Origin: Octopus sinensis
Taxonomy: Eukaryota
Reading direction: 5' to 3'
Length of the DNA: 64,000 nt
Assembly (NCBI RefSeq): GCF_006345805.1
Contig: NC_043016.1
Coordinates: 12,090,001 to 12,154,000 of the forward strand
Within the stretch, counting starts at the first letter, position 1, and each line of letters opens with the position of its first letter. Positions 1 to 14,651 of this stretch are shown piece after piece. The notes beneath the pieces were generated by a model. The model was not told the DNA's origin. It was given only the letters and a program-made list of their open reading frames with translations, and did no database searches. The position numbers and the translations under genes are program-made.

Positions 1-652
1 AGATATACTGGGATTGATTTGTTCAACTAAAACCCTTCAAGGTGGTGCCCCAGCATGGCCACAGTCCATGACTGAAACAAGTAAAAGATAAAAGATATAC
101 TGGGATTGATTTGTTCAACTAAAACCTTCAAGGTGGTGCCCCAGCATGGCCACAGTCCAATGACTGAAACAAGTAAAAGATAAAAGATATACTGGGATTG
201 ATTTGTTCAACTAAAACCCTTCAAGGTGGTGCCCCAGCATGGCCACAGTCCACTGACTGAAACAAGTAAAAGATAAAAGATATACTGGGATTGATTTGTT
301 CAACTAAAACCCTTCAAGGTGGTGCCCCAGCATGGCCATAGTCCAATGACTGAAACAAGTAAAAGATAAAAGAATACTGGGATTGATTTGTTCAACTAAA
401 ACCCTTCAAGGTGGTGCCCCAGCATGGCCATAGTCCAATGACTGAAACAAGTAAAAGATAAAAGATATACTGGGATTGATTTGTTCAACTAAAACCCTTC
501 AAGGTGGTGCCCCAGCATGGCCACATTCCAATGACTGAAACAAGTAAAAGATAAAAGATATACTGGGATTGATTTGTTCAACTAAAACCCTTCAAGGTGG
601 TGCCCCAGCATGGCCACAGCCCAATGACTGAAACAAGTAAAAGATAAAAGAT
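1..652 (+). repeat. Tandem array of at least 7 units of 92-93 bp derived from a SINE 3' tail; truncated by the window edge
   Basis: Units start at 1, 93, 185, 278, 371, 463 and 556 and are near-identical. Confidence 0.95.
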
Positions 653-1144
653 ACACACACACACAACAGGATTCTCTCTGTTTGTCTAGCAGATCCACTG
701 ACAAGGTTTTGGCTGGCCTGAGGCTATAGCAGAAGACACTTGCCAAAGGTACTATGCAGTGGGACTGAACCTAGAACCATGTGATTAAAAAAACTAGCTT
801 CTTAACACATAGCCATGTCTGTCCCTATAAACACGATTTGTTTTTTAATAGCCAAAAAAATTATAAGTTATATTAACAATTCATCCAAAGAACTGAATAT
901 ATTTTTCAAAAACCCCAACAAAGAAAAACTGAAATGGAAAGGAGATATATTATCTATAATGGTTCTTCAATGATCTTATAAATGGTAAATTTCAAGACAT
1001 GTCTTTCTAAATACTTAAAAGTTTTTATGAATGTAAAACATAAACATCACTTAGTGAAATGCTTATTTCTAGAAATGCTATTTATTAATGGATTTTCCCC
1101 CTCTTTTTCTTTTAAATGGTTGATCCTTTATTTATTTATTTAAT

Positions 1145-1372
1145 TTTTATTATTATTATTACTACCATTATTATTATTATTGTTGTTATTATTATTATTA
1201 TTATTATTACTATTACTATCATTATTATTGTTGTTGTTGTTATTATTATTATTATTATTACTATTACTACTACCATTATTATTGTTGTTGTTATTATTAT
1301 TATTATCATTATTATTATTATTACCATTATTGTTGTTATTATTATTATTACCATTATTGTTGTTGTTATTAC

Positions 1373-1404
<32 letters not shown>

Positions 1405-1717
1405 GTATTAGTATTAGTATTATCATCATCTTTTGATTTCTAAGTCTTAATGCATTTTCTTTCCAAAGATAAAGAATACTTTTCAAAAGATTTTTGCCTG
1501 GTTAAGTATACAGTTTGTTTTTGTTTTGTCACTGATTTTTTTCTTTAATCTTTTCTTTATTTTATATCATTTCGTTTTTTTGAGTGAGTCTTTTTTCTCT
1601 TTTGCTTCTTTCATTTATCTTTCTTCTTCTTCTTCTTCTTCTTCTTCTTCTTCTTCTTCTTCTTCTTCTTCTTCTTCTTCTTCTCTTCTTCTTCTTCTTC
1701 TTCTTCTTCTTCTTCTT
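1145..1717. repeat. (ATT/GTT)n and (TTC)n microsatellites
   Basis: Directly visible trinucleotide repeats. Confidence 0.95.
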
Positions 1718-2590
1718 TTTTGTTGTTCTCAAACATAAATTAATGCTACTTAAACTAAACTGTTTTAATTAAACAGTGATTTATTAAAATCCATTAATGG
1801 GACATCGTACTGATAATAATATCTATTAGTTTCTAAGAATGGAATGTTGTTAGTTTAATTTTCTTTTCATTTTTCTTTCTTTCTTTCTTTTTCTCCACCC
1901 CTACCTCCCCTCCTTATGTAGATACCGACATTCTTTACTGTAGAACTCTTTTTGCTTGCTACTCGGTTACATTACCGATATCAGCCATAATTTCAATGAT
2001 AAAAATGTACACATTTGAAAAGTTCAGCGCAGGTTTTCATATTCCATTTTCTTTTGGCTGCAGTTCCTCACTGTTACTTGGAGATAAGAAGGAAGACAGA
2101 CACCATATTTCAATTCCAAAGGGGGGTGGGGTGGAAAATTATAGGGCACCACTTATTGCATGTAACAATCAAATATCGTTTTATATGCTAAAATTTTTTT
2201 TTTTAATTAAAAGAAAAAAAATAAAAGAGAAACAGGAAGAAAAATAAATAAATATATAAACGAAAATAAACATGCAACATTTTAGTGATTGCTCTCGAAA
2301 AAGCAAAACTAGTTCGTCAAGTGGGAACAGTAAATGAGAGCATAATTAAGTTTGGGTATAAAGGCGGCAAACTGACAGAATCATTACCGTTCCAGACAAA
2401 ATGCTTAGCTGCATTTCTTCCAAATCTTTGTGTTCAGTGTTCAAATTCCAACAGGGATGGTTTTACCTGCCATCCTTTTGGGGAACGACAGAAATAAGTA
2501 CTATAGGGGAGAACTTATGGGAAATGATGTAATTGATTTTCCCCACCTCCCTTAGAACTTCTGGCCTTGGGCCAAAATTTGAAAAAATTA

Positions 2591-2656
<66 letters not shown>

Positions 2657-3249
2657 GTTTTTTTTTAATCTTTTGTCTATTACTTGTTTCAGATATTTGA
2701 CTGTGGCCATGCTGGGGCACTATCTTGAAGGGTTTTTAGACAAGTAAATTGATCCAGGACTTTTTCTTAAAGCCAAGTATTTATTCCATTGGACTCCTAA
2801 GTTACGGGGACAAACACAAATGCAAAGACATACTCACACATATGCACACATGCAAATGTGTGCATATACACACACACACGCATGCGCACGTGTGCATATG
2901 ATGGGCTTCTTTCAGTTTCCATCTACTAAATCCACTCACAAGGCTTTGATTGGCCTGAAGCTGTAGTAGATGGCACTTGCCCAAGGTGCATAACAGTGGG
3001 ACTGAACCCAGAACCATGTGGCTGGGAAACAAACTTCTTACCACCCACCCACCCATCCACATGCCTATAAACAAGGAGGCAAGCTGTCAGAATAGTGGAT
3101 GCATTGGACAAATGGTTTAGCAGCATTTCTTCCAATTCTTTACCTTCTAAGTTCAAATGCCACCAGGGTTGGCTTTGCCTCCCTTTAAACCTGTTGACAC
3201 TCTGCCAAGATTTGAAAAAACAATTAAGTTTGTGCATAAAACTATAGAC

Positions 3250-3450
3250 CAGTGGTTTTCAACCAGGTTTCCACCAGTACAGTCCAGGGGTTCCGCAAGA
3301 AGTTACAAAACTGCTAAAATCGGCAGTAATTTTTAATTCTCCTGTGCAGATATGTATGCATAAGACTATTAAATTATTGCACAGGGGTTCCTCGAGCCAG
3401 TGGAATGTTTCCTTGGGGTTCCGCTCCAGCATAAAGTTTGAAAAGCACTG
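3250..3450. mobile_element. hAT (Charlie-like) MITE
   Basis: TIRs CAGTGGTTTTCAA / TTGAAAAGCACTG and an 8-bp TSD CTATAGAC/CTATAGAG. Confidence 0.8.
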
Positions 3451-6210
3451 CTATAGAGATTTGAAATGGCTCCAGTTTAGGGTTGAGAAATAATAGAATT
3501 TGGAATTACCATAGAAAAGTGCCAATGTGGAATTGCCATGAAGAGACTTTACCTTTATTTTTTTATATTTTATTTTCTGCTTGTTTCAGTTACTGGACTA
3601 TGGCCATACTGGAGCATTTCCTTAAAGGGTGTAGTCAAACAAATCAATCCAAGACCTTTTTTTTTTTTTGAAAGTCAGGTACTTAATCTGTCAGTGTCTT
3701 TTGCTGAACTGCTAAGTTATGGAGATGTAAACAAACCAACACTGGTTGTCAAGTGGTGGTGGTGGGGTCAGGAAAGGATGGGGGTGCTAACAGACGCACA
3801 AAGACATGCACACATAGATATATATATCATCATCATCATCATCATCATCATCAATACTTAATGTCCATGTCCCATGCTGATATGGGTTGGATGGTTTGAC
3901 AGGAGCTGATATCCTCAAGGATTGCATCAGGCTCCAATTTCTGCTCTATAACTGGAAACCCTTCCTAATGACAACCACTTCACAACCTGGACTGGCTGCT
4001 TTTTTTTCCATGATACCAGCACTATTGAGGTTACCAGTTTGCTGGGCTATGAGCCCGGGGTGGGGTGGGGTGGAAGCAGGGGTTAGGTTCATGCTAGGAA
4101 TGTGAGGGTTTACTATGATTTGGAAGGGAGGGGCAGAGCAGGTTTCTGCAGTGGGATCTACATGGTTACACACATCTAGCAGTGGAGAAAGGGGGTGGGC
4201 AGAGAAAGACAAAGAGAAAATGATCAGGGGTGGGAGCTGCAAGACATAGATAATGGCAATAAGGTGCCCAAACTGAGAAGAAGTGGGAGGTTTGCATGAG
4301 AAGGTGAATGAGGGATTGGGAGGAAGAGTGCCAAAATGGGTTGGGTTGACTGAAGGGTGAATGAGACAAGAACCATGAGGTGGGGGTGGATATAGGGATG
4401 CAGAAGAATTGGGGCAGGGAGCAGGAGTAACAAAGATTATACAGTGGCTAGATTGGGTGGGGAGGATAAGGGAGATATATGGTTGGAGCCGGGGGGGGGG
4501 GAGAAGGGGGCAGGGAGCAGGAATTATGCATGAAGTGGGGAGAGTCACCGTAATGGATGGCGAACCTAAAACTCTTAGCACACACACACACAAATACTGC
4601 TAAGCATTTTGCCCCATGTGCTAATGATTTGACCAGTTCATCCCCTTACCTATCATTTAATATTCATTTTGGATTTCAGCACAAGGCCAGTAGTTCAAGG
4701 AAGGAGGTAATTCAAATACATCAACCCTAGCATTCAGCAGGTACTTACTCTATTGATCCCCCAAAAAGATGAGAGGCTAGGTTGACCTCAGCAGAATTTG
4801 AACTCAGAATGTAAAGATGGATGAAATGCCACAAAGCAATTCACATGGTGTGCTAACAATTCTGCCAGCTCACCTCAGCTAATATTGGTTTCAGAAATCT
4901 TTGGCACTAAGCTAGTAATTTCGAGGCAGGTGGGGGGTAAGTGGATTACATTGACCCCAGTGATTAGTTATTAGTCTTAGTTACCTTCTCAAGTCATGCT
5001 GACTCATAAGGGCTGGTTTCCTAGTTTCATGGCATAGAAATTCCCCACCAGGATGGGACACTGGTCTGTCAAAAGGATTACTCTTTTTTTTTTTACCAGC
5101 TGAGTAGACTGGAGCAATGTGAAATGAAGTATCTTGCTCAAGGGCACACGTTGCTCAGTCCAGGAATTGAAACCATAATCTTACTATCATGAGTCCAAAC
5201 ACCTTAACAACAAAAGCAAAAGTTGCCTCTGAGTCATGCCGACTCCTAAGGGCCAGTTTCCAGGTTTCCGGGTTTCCATTGCATTTAAATTTCCCACCTG
5301 AGCAGGACACTGGTTTGTTGCAGGGTTAATCCTTTTTGTCAGCTGAGTGGACTGGAGCAATGTGAAAATGAAGTGTTTTGCTCAAGAACACGTATCACCC
5401 AGTTCAGGAATCAAAACCACAATCTTACAATCACCCCTAACCACTAAGTTGTGTGCCTCCACTAGTGTTCAACTGAAACTCGTTTTATCAACCCCGAAAG
5501 GGTGAAAAGCAAAGATGACCTCAGCAAAATTTGAACTCAGAATGTAAAGACGGACAAAATACCACTGAACATTTTACCTGGTGTGCTAACAATTCTACCA
5601 GCTTGTCTCAGTTAATTTTGATGGGTGTTAGTTAAGCTGTGGTTTTGTGATGTTATTAACATCTGGTGTTGTGATTTTGGCTGTGTTATTATTATTATTG
5701 GTGGTGGTGGTGGTGATTTTATTTGTGTTATTAGTGCTACATGTGATTCTTGTAATTGCAGCTGCTGTTGTTAGTTATGCTAGAGCTATTAATGTAACAT
5801 GTGGGAATTGGTGGTTTCAGTTTATGGTTTTTAGTTAAGTGGGTAATATTAACTATACTGGTGGTTTGTATAACATGTAGTGTTGTTAGTTTGATAGGTG
5901 GTGGTGGTTTTTACATTGTTGCTCTTAGGTATACACATGTTGCTAATTTTAACATGTGGTGTTAATGTAGCAAGATATATTGACAGCTTTGGCTGATGTC
6001 ATTTACTTATTTATTTATTTATCTTTTACTTGTTCCAATCATTCGATTGCAACCATGTTGGGGTGCCACCTTTTCAAGATTTTTAATCGATCAAATTAAC
6101 CCCAATCCATTTTTTTATAACCATGCATGCATACCTACCTACCTACCTACCTACCTACCTACCCTACCTACCTACCTACCTACCTACATGCCTGCCTGCC
6201 TATCTATCTA

Positions 6211-6252
<42 letters not shown>

Positions 6253-6253
6253 A

Positions 6254-6297
<44 letters not shown>

Positions 6298-7924
6298 GCA
6301 TAGCAATTAATTGCTAATGATTAAAGTATATATTTATATTCATTACATTTCCCTTTATTGCATTTGAAATTATTTTTAAAAAATACACTGTCAATTAACT
6401 AATTAACCCACATTGTCAGCACATGCATTCTCGTACATATCACACAGACTAATTTAGCACCTTGTTTGAGATTGTATATATTAAAAATAACTATAAGCCA
6501 AAAAAGAAGTCAGTCCTTTTTATCTGTTCATCTAACGGCTGGTTGGCTGGTTCACTGGCTAGCAGTTAATTTGCATAATTATATAACTATCTATTAGTCT
6601 ATATGTTTGACTAATGAGCTCTCTAATGGCGCTACTCTAGATAAATTCAGAAAAGATTTTACAGATATCTTTAAAGAATTTTGTATGAAAATTAAAATCA
6701 ACACTGTTATAAAAATATTCATTTCCTTAAACACCACTCTGAACCAGTCATAAGCAAACTGTGCCCAATGAGATTTTCTGATTGGTACACCTAATAATAA
6801 GAAAATTACCTTCAACTTTTAATTGGTGTGGCCCACCTGATGATGAGCCGTGTCTCATACAGCCTACTTCTCAAAAAAAGGTTAACCATGTGTGCCCTAA
6901 ACCAAAATACAGGCAAATAGCTTTTAAACAGAGAATCCAATTTCATATTTACACACACACACACAGTATCAAGCAGACCATCAGATGCTGTTATACACCA
7001 CTGGTTACAATGTGCTTCCAATTCTGTCTCGATTGCACCATTCTTTTACATCTATACTCAAATTGCTTGACTAAATTGTCTTCCCATCATCATGGAGGCC
7101 TTCCAGTTAGTCCTTTTTGATCTCTTGGAGCTGTCAAGTGATGGTGGTAGTAGGTACAAACACGCACACACACACACACCATATACAATGGATTTATTTT
7201 AGGTGTGTACCAAATCCATCCACAAGGCTTTGGTCAGCCTGAAGCTATAGTAGAAGACATTTGCACAAGGTGCCATGCAGTGGGACTGAACCTAGAACCA
7301 TCTGGTTTGGAAACAAGCTTCTTACCACACAGTCACACCTGCAACTATGATATATGATAAACTTTCAAATAACACTTTTCTTATGCTTAAAAAGAAAACC
7401 CTAGTCAGTGATGTAAACAAAATTTCCAGCATCTATTCTAATGCAGAGTTTCTTTGACCATACCACTTGTTAATAGAAGAGAAGGGCTTTGAACACAAAA
7501 TACATGTAAAAACTTAATAATAGACAAATGAAAAAATATAAATAACAAAGGGAAATTCATTGGTTCAACCTACTATAGGTTTAAAAACCCCAGTCAGTAA
7601 CTGTAGTGAATGGATTCCCAATATCTTTTCCATTAAAGTGTTTTTAAACCACACTTCTTTAACAGAGAGTATCTTTAACACAAGCTACTATAACAGAGAG
7701 CAACTTCAAGACATGATACAATAAATGCAATATATCAATAATCAATACAAATATAAACAGGTAATGGAAAATATTCTGGTTTAATCCCCTTCCAAGTTTA
7801 AATGCTATTTCTGATGTATCAATGTGAATTTGGTCAATGTATGTATGTATGTATGTATGTATGTATGTATGTATGGAGAGATGGATAGATGGATAGACAT
7901 GAAACAAATGAAACAAATATACTC

Positions 7925-8230
7925 TGATGGTTGTGTAATGTCAGTGTTCATGTGCAACAAAGCAAAGAAGAATTGGGCATAAGAGGCATCAGATATGGAG
8001 TGCAGGAGAAAAGATTTCACTGATACAGTCACGTGATGTGGATGAATGAAGACAGCTGTATGAAGAAGTGTTGATTGCTAAAAATGGAAGGAACATGTAG
8101 AAGAGACAGACCTATGAAGATGTGGGAGGAAGTGGTGGAGATTGACCTCAAGCTGTTGAGCCTTTCTCTCATAGGAGATGATGGAGGACTGAGATGAATG
8201 GCATTATGCTGCGCTTGAGAAGACAGAATT
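7925..8230 (+). mobile_element. RTE LINE ORF 3' fragment
   Basis: Homologous to 23100-23250 and 23645-23770 (LGIRGIR..VQE, G..RP.K.W.EVV). Confidence 0.6.
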
Positions 8231-8706
8231 TCAGCAGAATTGAGGCTTTGTCTACAGCTGGATACCCTTTCTAACACCATCCACTTCACAGAGTGTAGTG
8301 GGTGCTTTTAATGTGGCATTAGAACTAGTGAAGTCATCAGATAAGACCCCTTAACTTAGCAAGGTATAGACTTGTATGTATGTATGTATGTATGTATGTA
8401 TGTATGTATGTATGTATGTATGTATGTATGTATGTATGTACGCACGTAAATATGGAGACATGGATGGATGGATAGATATGAAAGAAATGAAACAAATATA
8501 CTCTCATCTTCTGACACCCATCCTCCCATCCATCTTCTATGTTACCCTATTTCCTTCCATCACTCCCCGCCCCCTACACTGAACTGATATCATCTGCATC
8601 CAGCTCATTCCCTCTCTCATAATCATCCATCACATTAATTCCACTCAGTACACTCACCTACACATCCACCTTCCCCACCTCTTCTATCCTATTCTGTCCT
8701 ATTCTA

Positions 8707-8929
8707 AGGCGGTGAGTTGGCAGAAACGTTAGCACGCCGGGTGAAATGCGTAGCCGCATTTCGTCTGCCGTTACGTTGTGAGTTCACATCCCGCCAAGGT
8801 TGACTTTGCCTTTCATCCTTTTGAGTTCGATAAATTGAGTGCCTGTTGTGCACTGGGGTCGATGTAATTGACTTAATCCCTTTGTCTGTCCCCTCTATGT
8901 TTAGCCCCTTGTGGGCAATAAAGAAATAT
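8707..8929 (+). mobile_element. SINE family B; copies at 15066-15300 and 37823-38037 are nested in family A
   Basis: Head AGGCGGTGAGTTGGCAGAAACGTTAGC, B-box-like GAGTTCA, AATAAAGAAATA tail, TSD TCCTATTCT. Confidence 0.85.
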
Positions 8930-9376
8930 ATCCTATTCTGTCTCATATATTGTACCTGGATCTTGCATCCCTTTCCCTCTTTCTCTCTCTCCCTCTCCAG
9001 GTGGGCAAGCCATGTATTCACCTCTTTAGCAAGACACCTGCTCCTCTCTCTCTCTCTCTGTCATAGTTTCTAATTCCTCCAGTCTATACCTTGCTCAGTT
9101 AAGGGGTCTTATCTGATGACCTCACTAGTTCAAATGCCACATTAAAAGCACCCACTACACTCTGTGAAGTGGCTAGTGTTAGAAAGGGTATCCAGCTGTA
9201 GAAACCATGCCAAATCAGATACAGAACTTGGCGGTGTCCTCTGGCTAATCTATTCTTGTCAAACCATCCAACCAATGCCAGCATGGAAAAAGGGATGCTA
9301 AATATAAAGGATGATGATGATGTGTTTATCTCTCTCTCCCTCCTCTCTCTCTCCCTCCTCTCTCTCTCTCCCTCCT

Positions 9377-9413
<37 letters not shown>

Positions 9414-10217
9414 ATATAATATATATATATATATATATATGTATAATAGATATTCTTGTAGATTTTAACAAACTGACTAATCCAAGTTAATTAATTAATA
9501 TCACTTTCTATTAATTAGCAATTGAGCTACCTACCTATTTAGTATTTGAGGCATCAAATATTCCACTGAGACTTGTATCTTCCATGTAAACTTTAAGCAG
9601 AGTCAGTATAACTGTGGCCTGTGTAATATGGCCAGGTCTTCAAACCAAAGACACGGACCATCTATGGGTTCTCACGCAGTTTTTGCTGATTCAATTTTGC
9701 TCACTAAACTTAGGTTGGCACCAAGGTTTTAGTAGAAGACACTTGCCCAAGATGCTGCACTGAGGAACAATAAATAGAAGACAACAAATGGTAAAAAGTA
9801 ACGACCAGGCTTAATTAAATAGGCACTTGGTTTGGTTGATATGGACTGACTTAAAGCCCCTCAAAGGTGATGTTCCAGCATGGCCAAAGCCCAACGATAT
9901 AAATAAAACCGCAGTAAAAACAATGAAAGAATATTGTGTTTAATAGAGAGATGCAGTTATTAAAATGAGAGAACTGAAGTGGACCATTCACTGGTTTGTC
10001 CTATTGTTGAGAGGTTAGCAGGAAACTTGCAAGTACAGGATATGCATTATTGAAACCAGAGCAGAAAGAAGTCATCACATCCATGGAACAAAAAAAAAAA
10101 GAACAAAAAAACAAACAACAAATACAAACAACAAAGAACAAAAATGAAACAAAACAAAAACCCACAAAAAAAAGAAAGAAAAAGAAAACAAATGTATTTA
10201 GTTTTCACCCACCCTAT

Positions 10218-10251
10218 TACCACCACCACCACCACCACCACCACCACCACA

Positions 10252-10291
<40 letters not shown>

Positions 10292-10362
10292 GCACCAGCA
10301 CCACCACCATCACCAACACCACTGTTTCCACTATTACTACTACTACCACCACTACTAGTCCA

Positions 10363-10406
<44 letters not shown>

Positions 10407-10407
10407 C

Positions 10408-10475
<68 letters not shown>

Positions 10476-10960
10476 AGCCACCACAAACATCACATAGCTA
10501 CCACATCCACCAACACTACTACCAACATAAACCATTTCACCACTGCCACTACCACCTACTACCACTGTACCACTCTGTTACGAGCAATGCTGATGCTACT
10601 ACCACCACCACCACCAGCACCACAACCACCACAACCGCCACCACCACAGCCACCAGCACCACCACAACCGCCACAACCACAGCCACCACTACCACCAAAA
10701 CCACCGCAACCACACTGCAACCACCACCACCACCACCACCACCACCACCGCTACCACCACCACACAACTGTCACCATCACCACACAACTGTCACCATCAC
10801 CACAAGCACAATTGCTAACACAGCTACTTCCACCACCACATACATCTCCACCACCATTATCTTGCCTACGAAAGCCACTAATACCACCACCACAACCGCC
10901 GCCACCACCACTTCTCTCACTTTCACCACTCCTGCCTCTACCACCACCATCACCACTTAA
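10218..10960. repeat. (ACC/ACT)n compound microsatellite
   Basis: Directly visible; source of the poly-T/V/P ORFs. Confidence 0.9.
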
Positions 10961-11749
10961 TATTTCCATATTTCCTTATCCTCTTTACTAAAAGTAACCT
11001 GTAATTTTAAAAACAACAACTTTTAAGAAATATTTTTGTTGTTGTTGTTGTCAAACGCTTAAAGTGAGCGATGATGCCATCGTTAGAATTAACCGTATAT
11101 TTTATTCATGCTTTTAACTAACCGCATCTATGGTACTGGTTAGAGTGCAGTAAAAGAGTGTGGACGTATCTGTGTGGTTAGCAAGAATTCGTTTTACAAC
11201 CCACATGGTTTTCTGTTCATTCTCACACTGTACACCCTGGATTTAATCAAAAGTTTTCGTGAGGGAAACTCGGTGAATTTTTCTTCTGTCATGATTCCAT
11301 TCATATCTAGGATGCATTACAGGAATATTAAACTGACCTCGAAATGTGATTTATACAATGTTTCATCAATGCCAGAAAGATGAAAGAAGGATGAAAGTTC
11401 ACTTTGACAGTCGTTTGACAGCCTATATCTAAATAATATAAGGTATTCTGTCTGGCGCTGAACAATCTAGCTCGGTGCAGGCTACAACATATAATGCGGT
11501 CCCAGGTTTAACCCCACTAAACAGAGCTTCAGGTATATACTGTTATGAACTCAGATTGAATTTATACTAGCATAAAAAAAAGACAGTAAAATAAGGGCAA
11601 GCATGGCTGGGAGGGTAAGCAGTTTGCTTCCCAACAAAGTAGTCTTGGGTTCAATCCCACTGCAAGCCATAGTCTTGTGAATGGATTTAGTAGATGGAAA
11701 CTGTAAGAAGCTTGTCGTTTATATATAGAGAGCAGTCACTGTATTTCAT

Positions 11750-11857
11750 TCCATAATGGCTATCTCTGATGAGTACAGGGTTACATAATCAGACTGTTAC
11801 TTAACACTCTGTTGAAACCCTAGTGTGGAACCAATTGGTAAGATTGGTTGTAATGGA
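11750..11857 (+). ncRNA. Degenerate type I hammerhead motif (GAAA mutated to GGAA)
   Basis: Long stem I TCCATAATGGCTATCT/AGATTGGTTGTAATGGA, CTGATGA, stem II GTACAGGGTT/AACCCTAGTGT, palindromic stem III ACCAATTGGT, GTA triplet. Confidence 0.6.
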
Positions 11858-11980
11858 TATATAATACTGTAAACTTTGATTAATGTGCATATATATTATA
11901 TATATTATAATATATATATATATAATATATTATATATATATAGTATAATATAAATAGACAGACAGACACACACACACACA

Positions 11981-12011
<31 letters not shown>

Positions 12012-12014
12012 CAT

Positions 12015-12900
12015 ACAAGTTATTTCGGTTAAGTTAGCCTAAAAGGAAAAAAAAACAACAAAAATCCCATCCTAAAATAAAAGTATTTGAAAAAAATCAA
12101 AAAATATCAAGTTAGGTTATAGCTGAGAGATAGCAGTTTAGTCAAAGTAACCACCCTCAGCTTCTACCTCAGCCTCAAGGTGATTCTGGAACCTGGCCCA
12201 TGTGTTCCTCACTGTAAACCCAAGAAGATCATTAGGGGCCTCCTCGATCTTGACCACCAGTTCAGCCTTGGTGTAGCAAGCAGAGCAGTTGGTGTCTTTC
12301 TCAAGTGAACCCCACATATAATAATCCATGGGATTATAATCAGGGGAATTAAGAGGCCAGAAATTGAGACTGGTAGAGTCTTAGAAATTCTCTGGTAACC
12401 ATTTCTGACTCTTTCCAGAGGTATGGCAAAGAGCCAAGTCCTATGCCACACAGCAATCCTTTCCAACCAGAATTTGGCCACAGTCTCCAGCAACTTCACA
12501 TAGCTGTCTGAACTGAGCCTAAGATGTTGGGTAGCAATGATGCCACCCTCACTGGAGACAAATAACAGTTGGTGGAACTTGGTTTTCATATGTGGAACTT
12601 CACATGGATTGTAGGCAAGCCATCTGTTGTTCTGAATATTGTGCAGCTGATCCCAACAGAAGTTCTTTTCATCTGAGAAGAACTGGATTATCTTTGGCTC
12701 AGTAGGATACCCTAGTTTGTTTAGGAGTTTCTTTGCCTTTGTCAAGTGGTTCTCCTTGGCATTGGCTGTCAGAATTTGTCCTTTATGCCTCTTGTAAGTG
12801 TGGTAGCAAAGGTCCTCATTCAGAGATATCTTTATGATGGTAACTCCCACATCTATCTCTTTCCCCAAAACTCCAATTTCTTGCTTGGATCTTCCATCAT
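12015..12900 (-). mobile_element. Degenerate Tc1/mariner-superfamily transposase relic
   Basis: Frameshifted fragments FFSDEKNF..QNNRW and NPMDYYMWG..EKDTN..EAEVEAEGGYF. Confidence 0.85.
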
Positions 12901-13638
12901 ATACTTATGTGTATGTGTCTTTATGCCTGTGTGACTTTGTGCTTGTATTTGTCCCCCATCCACTGCCCGGCAACCAGTGTTGGCAAAAAGGTACCGACAG
13001 AAAAAATACCAGGCTTAAAAATAAGTACTGGGACTGATTTGTTTGACTAAACTCTTCAAGCTGTACTCCAGCATGGCCACCGTCTAATGAGTGAAGCAAG
13101 TAAAAGATAAAAGTTATACTGGGATTGACTTGTTCAACTAAAACCTTTCAAGCTGTGTCCCAAGAAGAGGTTGAGGTAGAATTTGTCCTCCTCCTCCTCC
13201 ATCATCCTCATCATCATGATCATCATCATCACCATCCACCATCCACTTTCTATGCTGTCATGGGTTCGACAGTTTGACATGGATCTGGCCAGCAGGGAGC
13301 AGTCTTGAAACTAACTGTCTGTTGTGACATGGTTTCTATGGTTGGACACCCTTCCTAATGTCAACCATTTTACAGAGTGTGCTGGGTTCCTTTTCACATG
13401 CCACTGGTGTGGGTGCGTTAATGCAGCACCAGTGCAAGTTCTTTTAAAGTGGCACCGGCAACCGAAAGGATGAGCCTGTATGTGTGGAAGACTCCAACCT
13501 CGTAAAACACTCATCAGCAATAGCTACCCAAAACAGACCCAAGGTTTGGAGAATTGTCTCCCAAGTGATGCAAAATTCTCATCCACCAGGAGTAGGGAAT
13601 CACCAACAAATGGTAGATGCAGGGATATGCATGCCCCT

Positions 13639-13901
<263 letters not shown>

Positions 13902-14617
13902 GTTACATGACACAAAACATAAAATCAGTGTTGTAGTAAAACCAAGTAGATCCACCAAGTCACTAACTGTTATGCAAAATACAATAATTTGAGAAAACAT
14001 TTCGCATAGAAAAGTGCAAAGTATTCACCATAAACTCTAAAGTAAACTGCAAAACTAGAAACATTGTGTACCATATGAGATGTGTGGAAAGGCAGGGTAG
14101 GGACACCGTTATATCCTAGGTTTAATAGTCTGCAGTTTATGTAAAAGAATTTCAGAGCTGTATGGTAAGAAGTTCAGTGACAACTTGAGCAAATGTATCC
14201 TACAATAGCGTTGGTTTGACCAAAGCTTTGTGAGTGGATTTCATCATCATCATCATCATCATCGTTTAACGTCCGCTTTCCATGCTAGCATGGGTTGGAC
14301 GGTTCAACTGGGGTCTGGCAAGCCCGAAGGCTGCACCAGGCCAGTCAGATCTGGGGAAACTGAAAGAAGCCCATGGTATGTATGTATACATGTATATATG
14401 ATAATGGTTTGCAGCCGTCTACTCAACATGCAGGAATTGTACACCTATTTTGTACATCTTTATCTACCTCTGAAGAGACTCGAATTTCAAATAATTTTTA
14501 ATTTAATTAATTAATTTTCTGAGGGTCTGAATTGAAACACCTGTAAGGGATGTTTGTCGATTTTTAAAAAATTAATAAATAATAATTTATTAATCACCTC
14601 TCTATTTTCTCATCTTA

Positions 14618-14651
<34 letters not shown>

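Noticed and set aside
1-652. CRISPR-like array
   Set aside because: Whole units are repeated with no unique spacers, the unit is a SINE tail, and the context is eukaryotic.
1922-2247. Plus-strand exon after a strong pyrimidine tract
   Set aside because: Open frame but no recognisable protein, no clear donor and no partner exons.
6837-6860. CTGATGA hammerhead core (also at about 9113)
   Set aside because: No correctly placed GAAA, stem III or stem I.
10047-10991. Mucin-like Thr/Pro-rich ORFs
   Set aside because: Pure ACC/ACT microsatellite, open in several frames on both strands, with no splice or domain support.
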